Source: Lingula anatina (taxonomy: Eukaryota > Animalia > Brachiopoda). From it: a stretch of 64,000 nt of DNA. Shown piece after piece: positions 24,601-37,100 of the stretch. The stretch lies in assembly GCA_051362555.1 (NCBI GenBank), contig CM120643.1, positions 17,426,848-17,490,847 of the forward strand, written 5' to 3'. A program made the position numbers and the translations under genes. Position 1 is the first letter of the stretch. Each line of letters starts with the position of its first letter. The notes beneath the pieces were generated by a model, which made no database searches, had not been told where the DNA came from, and saw nothing but the letters and a program-made list of their open reading frames with translations.

Positions 24601-27600
24601 TTCTGAGATTCTGAACATAGCGAATGATTGAATCTGACAAATTGCAATGATATGAGTTTATTTCCATTTTTGACACTTTATTACACAATACACGATAACA
24701 AGTTTACCATCATTTTTATATAATCAACTAACAATGTTGTAAAGATGCAGGAAATGTCAAACAAACACTTTTACGTATCTTATTACTTAAATAATAAGGC
24801 TATTAACATGCCTAAGAATTAAATCTGAGGAAATCTGAGGAAATGTGAAAAAACAGCATAACTTCTAAAATAATGCCCCAATTATGCTGATTTTCGAACT
24901 TGACCTGCGTTTTAGTAAGATTGATTATTCCTGTGAGTGTCATGACAACAGGCCTAACGGTTTTCCTTAAAATGTGTTTACAAGGTTGCATATATGCTGA
25001 AAAGTGAAAAAACAGCATAACTTCTACAATAATGGCCCGATCATGCTGATTTTCGAACTTGACCTGCGTTTTATGAATATTCATCAGCTCTGTAAATATA
25101 AAGCCAAAAAGTAAAACTGCCTTCCACTTATCGTGTTTACAAGGAAAGTGCACGGCGACGGCATCGGCATCGGCATCGCCATCGGCGACGGCGACGACAG
25201 ACGCAGGTGATGGCAATATGTACAGACACATCTGTGTCTGTACATAAAAAAAGACACCATAAAATAAAATCCCAACAATAAAATGAAGTGGGTGGCTTCT
25301 GAAGTCTCGCCTGCGATTCAGAGATATAGTGGGACACAAAAACATCTTAATCTCATTTGACAGTTATGCTTTTCAACATCTTTCTTTGAAAATAATTCCA
25401 GGTGCTACCTTTCTCATCTAGAGACAATATTTACTTATTTCACTCCTTGACCACAAATATACATATAAAAAAGTCTGTGTACTGGTGACCATTTTAAAAT
25501 CAATACACTCTGAAGCACTTGCAATAAAATTTTTTCTCATTTCCAGAAACCTAGCTTACACATGTCCAACAAAATAGCCAGTTAAAGGAATAAATGGCTT
25601 CATGTAGTCCACAGAAAGATTCATGTCATCTTTAAATCTTGATGGATACCACCAACCCAATAACATCACTCTGCCCTGAAAGAGGGTGTCGCATCCAGAC
25701 AACTTCAAAAGAACCCAAGCTGTCTAACCTGCTGCCTAATCACATGATGACACTGGATTCAAAAAGGGTGGCTTTTTGATCTTCCCCTCGACAGGAAGTT
25801 AGGCAAGTGGAGGCTTGGCCCCTCAAGGGCCCCTTTATGGGAGTCCAGTGTCATTTCTTACACTTGCCAGTGTGTATGGGACCATTCAGAAAAAGTAATG
25901 TCAACCTGGCTAATGCACACTAACTCCACCAGGACTCTCTCTAAATGCAGTCACTTTAACAGACTAAGGGTGCTTTCCCAGAGATTTAGATCGATCTAGA
26001 GATTAAGATTTAGATCGACCTAACTCCCTGGGGGTTCACGCTAAATTGCAGTCAGCCGAGCGGGCACCATAGTTAATTACCCCCTTACAGCTTTTAGTAG
26101 GCGGGACAGACGCTTAAGCCGGCCAAGCTGACAGTAATCTAGTGAGACTCCCCACAGGGATAGATTGATCTAAAAATCTATGGAAATGGGGTGTAACATG
26201 CCTCCTTTTGTTTCTAACATACTCATATAATCACCATCTTCTGTTTTCTACTCGACGCCAGGAGGAGGCATTTTAGTCTGTTAATCTGACTGTATTTAGT
26301 GAGTCCCAGTGGAGTCAGTGTGCAATAGCTAGATCATTCTGAGCAGTCCCAAAGTGAACATACCCCTTGAAATTTACACCATAAATTTCCCTTCTTTCAA
26401 CGAAGAATCTGTCACTCAATGTTCCAAAAACAAAACATAGCAACTTAAAAAACACTATATTGTTAGGAACCCCACAACTTGTATAACAACCCTGATTCTC
26501 AGCAAGCCCAGGGTTCTGCGTCCAAGTAAAAGGTTGATCTACACACCATGCAGAATTTCCACTTCAAGTTTAACTGCTTGCTGGGTGGTGGGAATAAACA
26601 GGATTTAAATCCCCCACTCCCGTGTCAGACACATATTTTATTGCAACATTACAGAGAAAAAAATGAACGCTGAGCTGTGACATGATATCTTTTTTTACTA
26701 CCTTTTTTTAATGCCTCTATTGGTATGCATATACTTTTATATATATATAAGGGCTTGGGGTGTTCAGAAAACAAATGCTCAGACAGCATCCATATCTTGT
26801 CTACCCCAGTTTTTTTTTTTTTTCTTTATTCAGAGAAGCAGCTGGCCATTCCATAAATTGAGTCAACTTTAATCTAGTTTTGATGGCACTCAAAACAGGT
26901 TAATTGCCGCAGGTCGGGTCTTTTTTCCTCTCTGCATACTAACGCCCCCTGGTGATGGATCTGACTTCAAAGGAGAGCCATACAAATGAATCACTAGTAG
27001 AGAATAATTAAATTTGGTTCAAGTGCTTTTTGCATGGGCTGTGAATTTCTTTTATCACCGCGCCGCCAGTGGGGTTACTTGCACTACAGTCAGAAGATAG
27101 ATCCTGACAGGATGAAGGAGTAAAAAAACTGCTACGTAACATATTTTGGTTAATAAAACTTCAACACAGTATCATTAAGTGCATCTTCTTTCACCTTAAA
27201 AAAAATGTTTTCTTTGTCTAGTTACCAAGACTTAATTATATAATGGATGCCGAGAACTAAACTGTCACATTACATAAAATAAATAAATAAATAAATAAAT
27301 AAATAACCTATAGGACCACACACAGTTATATCACAAATTGAGACAATCTTACCTCTTTAGTGATTTTCCCTTTTCCATCAAAATCATACAATGTAAAGGA
27401 CCACTCTTCTTTGTCTGTCCCTTCCACGGAGACACCACATTCAAATTCCTGGATAAAATATGATATAGATTTATCAAACAAAATGCATATGACCATTTAT
27501 TTACGGGCTTCCTTTACACAATTTTATCAGAATGCTTATGAGTGGATGATTGCTGCTCTAGGACTGCAGCTCGCGTTCAAAGACCCCCCCCCCCCCCCCC

Positions 27601-30600
27601 CCCCCAAGTTGCAGTTTTCAATTTTTGAATAGCACTTAGAGCACATTTAACTTTGTGACTTGCTTCTCAAGCCATTTCTCATACATTTTGTTTTGAAAAT
27701 AATACCAACAACACAGAAGACTTGGGGAGGGGGGGAGACATCATTCTCTATCTACTGAATCCTTCTCATCATTAAAGCCTATTCCAGAAATGTCAATTAA
27801 TAAAAAAAAATTAAAGGGTTTTCTCAATATCTCCTGATCTTCTTTAAAGTCAAAAACAGAGATATAGAAACCTGTGGTAACCTGTTTCACCTTGTGTGAA
27901 CAGTTTTAGCAAGAACAAGAGAACTTCCTTGCAATGTACTCCAGAATTTAGAAAAACTCCAGTGCCCCCCACTAACCTATGGAATGAAAAACCTGGCTGT
28001 TTACCTGAAACTTTATCAAATGCTGTATGAAGATCAGAGCAGAATTGCAATTAGTGCTGCCAAAACTGGCCGATTAGGATTGAAACACAAAGTAATAGCC
28101 AGTAATTTGTTTGTTTTTCTGCAAAGGTTAGCAGTTCTGAAGCTGAGAGGCTGAATGATATACCTACATGATTTGTGAGAGAGAGAGAGAGAGAGAGAGA
28201 GATTCTTCTTACTTTTATTCATAAGCCTTTTTGCATGCTAATTTTTTTTTTCATTTTGTTTAAGTGTAGTTGTGAATCAGTTAGTTCTAAAATAAAATTC
28301 TTTCATACAATTCCCTGAACCAAAAAACATCTATAATGTAAGTAAATGTATGAAGCTGTTGGCTGATTTCCATCTTTAGGCATAAAAGCCCCATATACAT
28401 CATCATGATGCAAATTTAGTAATTTTACATGGTAACTTAAAAATATATTTTACTGTGTATACACAACCTAATTTACCCCAAGATTGATTCAGGAATATTT
28501 GAACTGGTAATCACACTGTGAATGGCCCTAGCACACAAAAGATCAACATTTTTTCTTCAGTATCAATTTCCCATATTGCACAGAACAAAGTTGGCCACAT
28601 GTCCCCTTTGGCCATGTAGAAACTGATTCTTAGGAAAACAAAAACTCTGACCTCAGCTTTCTCCCAGATTCTGTGTCTGCAGTGACTTGCACTGGCACTT
28701 TTACTAGTGGGTCTTATGTTGGAGGTAGTAGAAATATGTCCATGGTTAAGACTTAATTTAGAGGATTGCAGTACTGAACCTCTGAAATTCTTTGTAGTCT
28801 CCCTTTTCCTGTTCTTCTACTTTTTTATATTTCTTTCCCCCCCTTCTTTCTCTCTCTCTTTCACTCACTTACAACCCCTGAACAAAAAACTTATTCATTA
28901 AACAGAATTGTTTCAATGAAATGACAATTACAACACCCATTTACAATCTTGTAACAAGACCTAATGGCCACAGCTTCATATTTTAGAATATATTAAAAAG
29001 CAATTAACCCTTCTCCTACAGGCAACCAACTACTCAGCAATTTTCCAAATATATACGGAGCTACATGCTAAACATATTTCTTCCTTGTTCAGATTCCACG
29101 ATTACTTTATGATCAACACCACATGGCCCTGAGCAATGAAGTGAATTCCAGAATTCAAAAACTAGCTAATGGGCAAGAACACTTGGCATGACAAGAATAA
29201 TTCACCCTCTAACATTTGAAATTTGCAATTGAAGTTATTTGTCAGAGATTAAAGATGCACAGTATAAGATCTTCTCCAAGAAAAACTCACTGAACAGACT
29301 TTCCTGTGGCAATTTTTTTTCTGTTTACCAACTTCTGATTCTTCTTTGGTGACACTGGCCTTAACTCTGTAACAATTCTGTGAATGCTTAACCCAAGCTT
29401 AATTGATTGTTTTTCAGATTCCACCGTCCCTTCTAGTTTAATTCTCCCAGTGACTTCCTAATTTTGCATGATGACTGACGGCCAGTAAGGTTTGTCATGA
29501 GGTGGTAAATTTGATTACTTTGGGTGACATTAATTCATGGCATCTATCTGTTAAAATATGACTGAAAGCTAACTGTTACTTGTTCTCAAATAAGTTTATG
29601 TACTTAACTTTGTTTAGAATTCTACACTTTTTCACTTCAAATCCCTAAGTATTACTAAATGCTTTGCCTTCCCCCCCCCCAACCCCAACCACCGCCAATA
29701 CCTTCACAGAGAACACTGATCTTTAGAGTACTTCTTCATAAATAAATCAAACTTGCTCTTTCTGTCCTCTTTTAAACCTATCAAAATTTTGCATATTTCT
29801 TCCCTACATATTTGTAAGGTACAATCTTGATAATTCCTCCTATATGAAACTTTTTCTTTGATGCCTCTCCTTTCCCTCATTACCCCATATCTGCCCCCCC
29901 CCCTTCCCTCCCCCATCCTAAAATCCTATTCCTACTTGCTAATTTCACTCCCTCCAAAGTTCTGAGGGCCAAATTCTATCAGGGTCTGAACCAGTCATTT
30001 TAACATCACATTAATTCTATTCCCGTTGAGAAACTTTCCTCAGCTGTTTAATACATTAAACTACATGCAATTTCAGAGGCAATTTCTAATTCACCAAAAA
30101 AAGGCCCCTGGTTTTCTGTCAGTCTTTGACAGATGAAAAGGTCTTTCAACCAGAACCAAATTCCAGAGCCTCAGATAAATTTGCACAAGCAAAAAAACAC
30201 TACAGGATTCCCCTTTTTAGCACAAGTTTATAATTTATGACTTTATGCTTTGAAAAAAATTGAAATCTTAATAATGAAAATCAGGCTAGTAATTGTAACA
30301 GTTGAGAGATAACAGATACTGTGGTCATAAAAAGTAAAAATAAATATCTTACCTCGACATCCAGTTCCTTTGGCTTTTCACTCTTCTTATCCTTCTCATC
30401 TTTGGCTTTCTCCTCGTTGTCAGAGTCCGTGAGCACTGGTTTAACATCGCTCCCATCCTCCTCTTTGTCTAAATTCAATACCTTGGTCATATCATTGTCT
30501 TTTTCTGGAGGAAGAGCAACTGAAGAAGCAAAAACATAATATCATTAAGTCCAGTGAACAATTGCATCAGTTGCGTACACTCATTTACTACATTTGTTTC

Positions 30601-31096
30601 ACTAAAAACTACAGCTGGGATCAAAGTTATCTGCACTCCAATATTTCAAAGTCAATCAACTACATAAAAATAGTCAATAGAATTCATTTGTAATTTGACA
30701 GTTAGCTCCATTTTATGAAAAAAAGTCCTCAGATAACCTTTCAGAGAGTGAGATTTGTATGTATCCATGGTCCTCTGCCAATATACATGAAGAGTAACCA
30801 CTCTCTAGCACAGAGCAAGCAAAAGTGGTCAAATTATATTCTATGGAAACCTATATACAAGGTGTGTGAAAACCTAGCTGTACAGGAAGCCATTTTGGTA
30901 TCTACAGGGCTTTAAAAGCTGTGAACTGAACTGTTCACTTCAATGGCTTCTCTGACCTGAATGATCCAATAAATTGTTTTACTTCTGTAAATTTTCTTTT
31001 TACTGAATCTCAGCGATAAGTTTTTAATTGAAATGCATCTGCATTAAACTTCCGCTTCTTATTCTCTTGGTAATCTGTGCTACGCTCACAGGCTCA

Positions 31097-31184
<88 letters not shown>

Positions 31185-34100
31185 TGTATATGATTATCTG
31201 GTTTATCTAATAAAAAGCTGTATGTATCATCACTCTTGTCAACAGTTTAAAAAACTAGAGGATCAGAGAGGCGATACCGCCTCCGAATATTGTACCACCA
31301 GCTGGAGCAAGCGCATTCGTATAGACCCCCACATATACAAAATAAGGAACACAGCCACCAGTCTTGTGCTTGACAAGCTGTAAAAATGCAATCAACAAGA
31401 ATTTTCAAAATATGCAAAAAATATATATATTACTAAATGGTACAATCAAAGTTAAGTTCATCGTAAGGTAGGTCAAAGGTCAATTCCAAGGTCACAGTAA
31501 ATTGCCAGTATATGACTTCCTATTCAACTTCAATAGTAACTATGGGCCTATCTCTGCCAGGTTTGGAGTTAAAAGAGAAAGAAATTAGCAGAGTTCAGTT
31601 CATGATAATAAGTAGGTCAAAGGTCAATTTCAAGGTCACACTTAGATTGCCAGTATATGACTTCCTATTCAAGTTCAATAGTAACTATGGACCTATCTCT
31701 GCCAGTTTTGGAGATAAAGGGGAAGCAAAATATGCAAAGTTCAGTTCATGGTGAAAAGTAGGTCAAAGGTCAATTTTAAGGTCACTTTTAGATTGCCAGT
31801 ATATGACTTCCTATTCAACTTCAATAGAGACTATGGACCTATCTCTGCCAGTTTTGGAGATAAAAGGGAATCAAAATTTGCAAAGTTCAGTTCATGGTGA
31901 AAAGTAGGTCAAATGTCAATTTTAAGGTCACATGTAGATTGCCAGTATATGACTTCCTATTCAAGTTCAATAGAGACTATGGACCTATCTCTGCCAGTTT
32001 TGGAGATAAAAGGGAAGCAAAATTTGCAAAGTTCAGTTCATGGTGAAAAGTAGGTCAAAGGTCAATTTTAAGGTCACATTTAGATTGCCAGTATATGTCT
32101 TCCTATTCAACTTCAATAGTAACTATGGACCTATCTCTGCCAGTTTTGGAGATATAAGGGACTAAATGTTATAATTTTGGAGTTACCATAATGTGCCATA
32201 AATTTCCTACAGAAAAAATTAATAAAAATAAAGAAAAGGTCATTTTGGTCAAAATTCTTGAAATGGGAGGTGCTCTGAAGTTCCAGATGTTCAAATTTGA
32301 TGAAATAATGTCATTTTTGACCACAAGTTGTCTGCTTTGCCAAGCCTCATGTTTTATTTTTCCGGAGTTCAAAATTTATTATCCATTACCGTACTGCACA
32401 TTTTGCTTTCACCACCAATATGAGTTTTTGATACAGCGTAACTTTGGAGATAAAAGGGAATCAAAATTTGCAAAGTTCAGTTCATGGTGAAAAGTAGGTC
32501 AAAGGTCAATTTTAAGGTCACATGTAGATTGCCAGTATATGACTTCCTATTCAAGTTCAATAGAGACTATGGGCCTATCTCTACCAGTTTTGGAGATAAA
32601 AGGGAAGCAAAATTTGCAAAGTTCAGTTCATGGTGAAAAGTAGGTCAAAGGTCAATTTTAAGGTCACATGTAGATTGCCAGTATATGACTTCCTATTCAA
32701 GTTCAATAGAGACTATGGACTTATCTCTGCCAGTTTTGGAGATAAAAGGGAAGCAAAATTTGCAAAGTTCAGTTCATGGTGAAAAGTAGGTCAAAGGTCA
32801 ATTTTAAGGTCACATGTAGATTGCCAGAATATGACTTCCTATTCAAGTTCAATAGAAACTATGGACCTATCTCTGCCAGTTTTGGAGATAAAAGGGAAGC
32901 AAAATTTGCAAAGTTCAGTTCATGGTGAAAAGTAGGTCAAAGGTCAATTTTAAGGTCACATTTAGATTGCCAGTATATGACTTCCTATTCAACTTCAATA
33001 GTAACTATGGACCTATCTCTGCCAGTTTTGGAGATAAAAGGGAAGCAAAATTTGCAAAGTTCAGTTCATGGTGAAAAGTAGGTCAAAGGTCAATTTTAAG
33101 GTCACATGTAGATTGCCAGTATATGACTTCCTATTCAACTTCAATAGTAACTATGGACCTATCTCTGCCAGTTTTGGAGATATAAGGGACTAAATGTTAT
33201 AATTTTGGAGTTACCATAATGTGCCATAAATTTCCTACAGAAAAAATTAATTAAAATAAAGAAAAGGTCATTTTGGTCAAAATTCTTGAAATGGGAGGTG
33301 CTCTGAAGTTCCAGATGTTCAAATTTGATGAAATAATGTCATTTTTGACCACAAGTTGTCTGCTTTGCCAAGTCTTATGTTTTATTTTTCCGGAGTTCAA
33401 AATTTATTATCCATTACCGTACTGCACATTTTGCTTTCACACCCAATATGTACTTTTTGATACAGCGTAACTCGAAAACCGTATGGAATACAAAAAAACG
33501 GAGACCACCTCCAGTGTTGGGCTTTACATGCTCTACAAAATGCAAAAAAGAATGGGTGTCTAGCATTAACAGTTCCCGATTTAGAGACAGCTTTCAGTTT
33601 TGATATCTTATGGCCGCTAATCCCGTGAAAATGCACCGATTGACCCCAAATTCACGGAGATGAAAGATGACCTGAAGGGTAACACTTTCCATTAATATTA
33701 TTAGTTAAGTCTGTGTGGTGTCTGAATAAGACCGCAAATAATTTTTTTTTCGGCAAAAATTTTGTTTTTTTGAAAATTTTGGCCCGTTTGACCTTGAAAT
33801 AAAGGTCAAAGGTCAAATCCAAGGGCATATTTGAAATCTACACATATGACTTTTGGAAAGCTGTCTGTAGAAATTTTTCCCATAATTCCTTCCGTAGGGG
33901 AGATAATTAGCATTTAATTTTGCCATTTTTGGACAAGGGTGCATTGCAATGAGTGCCACATCTAGACCCCAATACCGACAAAGCCCAAATTTTACGTGGA
34001 ACGAGTTGAGATTATAGGTGACCTAAATCCAAGAGATGGGTATGGAGGCCATTACCGTCTAGGAGGAGAAGCGGTAACGGTGACTTGGCGGCGGAGCCGG

Positions 34101-37100
34101 CGGAGCCGCAGGAGCCGCAGGAGCCGGCGGAGCCGGCGGAACATACGGGTCGGGACTAAAACCATGTGTACCGCCAGCGCCTACGCTGGTGGTACAATAA
34201 GCTGAAAAAATTTTAAAACTCAATCTGACACAGAGTAACCAAAATAGAATGTCTGTGTGAACCCAGTTATTATTTGACGCTACATGTCATGCAAACAGTT
34301 CATATACATGTGCGTGTGTGGCCCTCAGCCCATCCGTTATGACTTGTCAATGTGTGTGGGGAGCTTGACCACTGCCACACACCTATCTGAACACAGGTGA
34401 CAATTAAAGTGACAGCATCACACCATGTCCTGTCACAGACTAATGTGCTGACACAGGAGAGTGGTGAAGTACATCCAATGAACCGCTGTTGCCATGACAA
34501 CATTGGCACATACAAAACTGTAAGCAACCGAAATAGAAAATCCCAAGCCATTTCACTTTTAATTAGTGGTGAAAAACCTGTGGGGTTACTTCCTGTAGAT
34601 GACCATGACTAATTCTAGTGGTTCTTAAGCAAGCTTTTGATTTTTGTTATTCACAGTTCCTGATATTGGTTATATACAAGAGATATAGATGCTCCCTACA
34701 ACAAGAACACCAATAACTATATACACATATTCAAAACTTTTTTTTTAACAGAGACTACTTTTTGTGTTCATCCAAACACAGCAACTTGCTTATGGACATG
34801 AAGTTGCAGTCACAAATATATGAATAAATTCATGACGCTATTGTTAAAATGACCTCACTTTGGACAACTATTGCTGGACTCGTTCTGGTCAATGCAGCTG
34901 GACATTATTAAAGCCACACATGTCTAACTCTGGTCAAGCTGAGCCTGGGTCATTAACCACAATGACCTTCTCTACTGGTTAGAGTCTGGGAAAGGAAATG
35001 GGCAGTTTCCTTATTCAAGGCACAAAGGTATACTTCACACTGCACACACACACACACACACACACAACTCTGGTGGTCATGTGCTCATTAAGAGCCCTTG
35101 TGGACCAACCGGGTTGGTTGCCAATATTTCCATCATACCCTAATATGGTGGATTCGGAACCAGTTGATCCGTGAACTAACTAGTCTGCAGATCAAATATG
35201 GCACTGATCCCATGAAAACGTGCTAAGATTGAATTGCTCTGCCCCTGCTGGGATTTTGTAAGTTGGACGTAAGAAATCCATGGACAAGTGCACGCCATAT
35301 CTGATCTGTTATGAATTACAACTGGTTATGAATGTGGCAATACTATGGTTTGACATAGAGGAAAAGTACTTTGCACTCATTCTTTGTAGTGGTTCTCATA
35401 CCAGGGCAACTTCACACCTGGCCTTCTAACTTACAAGTATAATCAGATGACCAGGTTATAAAGATCATTTTGTTCAACAGTGTGAACACAACAAATGAGC
35501 ACAGCCTTTGGGTGTATTACCACCAGTTTGGTCAACTTCCCATTTCTTTTTCTTTTATACTATTCAACAAATTAAGTCTTTTTAAAACAATATTTAAGAA
35601 AATAACCTTTTTTTCTTTGATTTAGCCAAAATCAGTTATATTTAAACCAAAGGTGAGTAAATAAGATACCAAAATATATTTTTTAAAAAATGTAACACAT
35701 CATCTAACCTTTTAATGGTCCCTGTCCATTTGCTGCATCTTTTTTCTCCTCTGTCTCCCCCTTCTCTGCATGGTGGTTCTGTAGGCAAAATGCAAACTCC
35801 TGAAACAGAAAAAAGAGAAGAAATAAGAAAATGAATCAATGTTAAGATAAATCTAATTTTTCTGTTTGTCTTAAGGCTTATTCCCATTGATGCCATCGGT
35901 CTTTGTAAAATGATCCAAACCTGTAGGGACTCTTGGTGAATGCAATCAGTTTCACAGATTAACACGCCTTCTCATGCCACGCCTTCTCATGCTGATTAGT
36001 AGAATATGGAAAAGCTGGCAATTATACAAGTACACTGGAATCAAGAGGAGGTGTGTAAGGAGCTGTTCAACTTCTCGCATTCAGCCAGAATCCCTGCAGA
36101 ATTGGATCAATCAATATAAATGGATGGTGTCTTTGAGAATGAACCCTTAAATGCCATGCACCACATAATCTTCCTTTACCTGCATGGTGTTAACATAGTA
36201 TATAGCCAAAAATATATTAATTTTTACAATTCATTTACATGTTATCAGCATGCAGGTATTGCCTCAAGTTGAAAGACAGGAGCACTTAAACCGTCTTATT
36301 CCACAATAACAATATCCCTTTAAAAACATCTTCATTTAAGTCATGAACAAGCTGACCTGAAACTTGACAACAGGGTGGAAATGTTCCTTGAAGAAAACAA
36401 AATTTTTGGGATCAAAACATATTAGGGGTAACCAAGGGGCAAGAGGATACCACTACTATGCCACCCTATCTGTCATGGCTGCACCTGCTCCATGCAGAAG
36501 TGAAATATTGAGGTCAGGATCCTTCAAGGGATGTAGTTAATTTTTTTTTCTTCTTCTTTTTTCTAAAATACCAACATCATGTCTCTTGTGGTAAGAACAT
36601 GCTGTGGTTAAGACAGATCCATGTACATGAGCCAAACCACAAAATACACGGAAATGGCACCAATGTAACATCTTCACCTATGCTTTATTTGCTACATATA
36701 CGACTAGAGTAACTCTCACACTGACTGAAATGAAAATTGTTCGTTTACATATTTTCTTCTACGTATTGCTTTCACCAAAGATATTCAAGCTGTCAGTAGG
36801 GGCTCATTCTTGTAACGATTCAAAAACAGTCCATAAAATCAGCAACAGGAAGCATATTCCACTTCCTTATACTCAGGAACTACCACTACTATCCAAATGC
36901 TTAGAGCGCATTCTCAACGAGTTAAGCCAGGCTTTACAAAGCCGGTGACCTAAAAATGGTGGACGTACATGAAAGAAAAACCGCCTAATCTTTTAATAGT
37001 CTCTCCGCCTCCCCACACGTCGTCCCTGCGGGGTACAGTAATTAAATCTCGGCTCCGTTCGCCATGCGGAAGCTACCTGAGAAATATTAAGTGTGCATGC

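Noticed and set aside
23935-25345. ORFs of 83-177 aa (VAVADGDADADA..)
   Set aside because: They are read-throughs of the microsatellite and body of the duplicated HINE-like element, with no recognisable domain.
31470-33190. Regularly spaced repeats resembling a CRISPR array
   Set aside because: The units are contiguous, near-identical 146-mers with no unique spacers. The context is a eukaryotic intron and there are no cas genes.
33996-34205. Arg/Ser-rich protamine-like ORF (RRSRRSRRS)
   Set aside because: It is a translation of the 9-bp microsatellite in the transposon end and starts at GTG.
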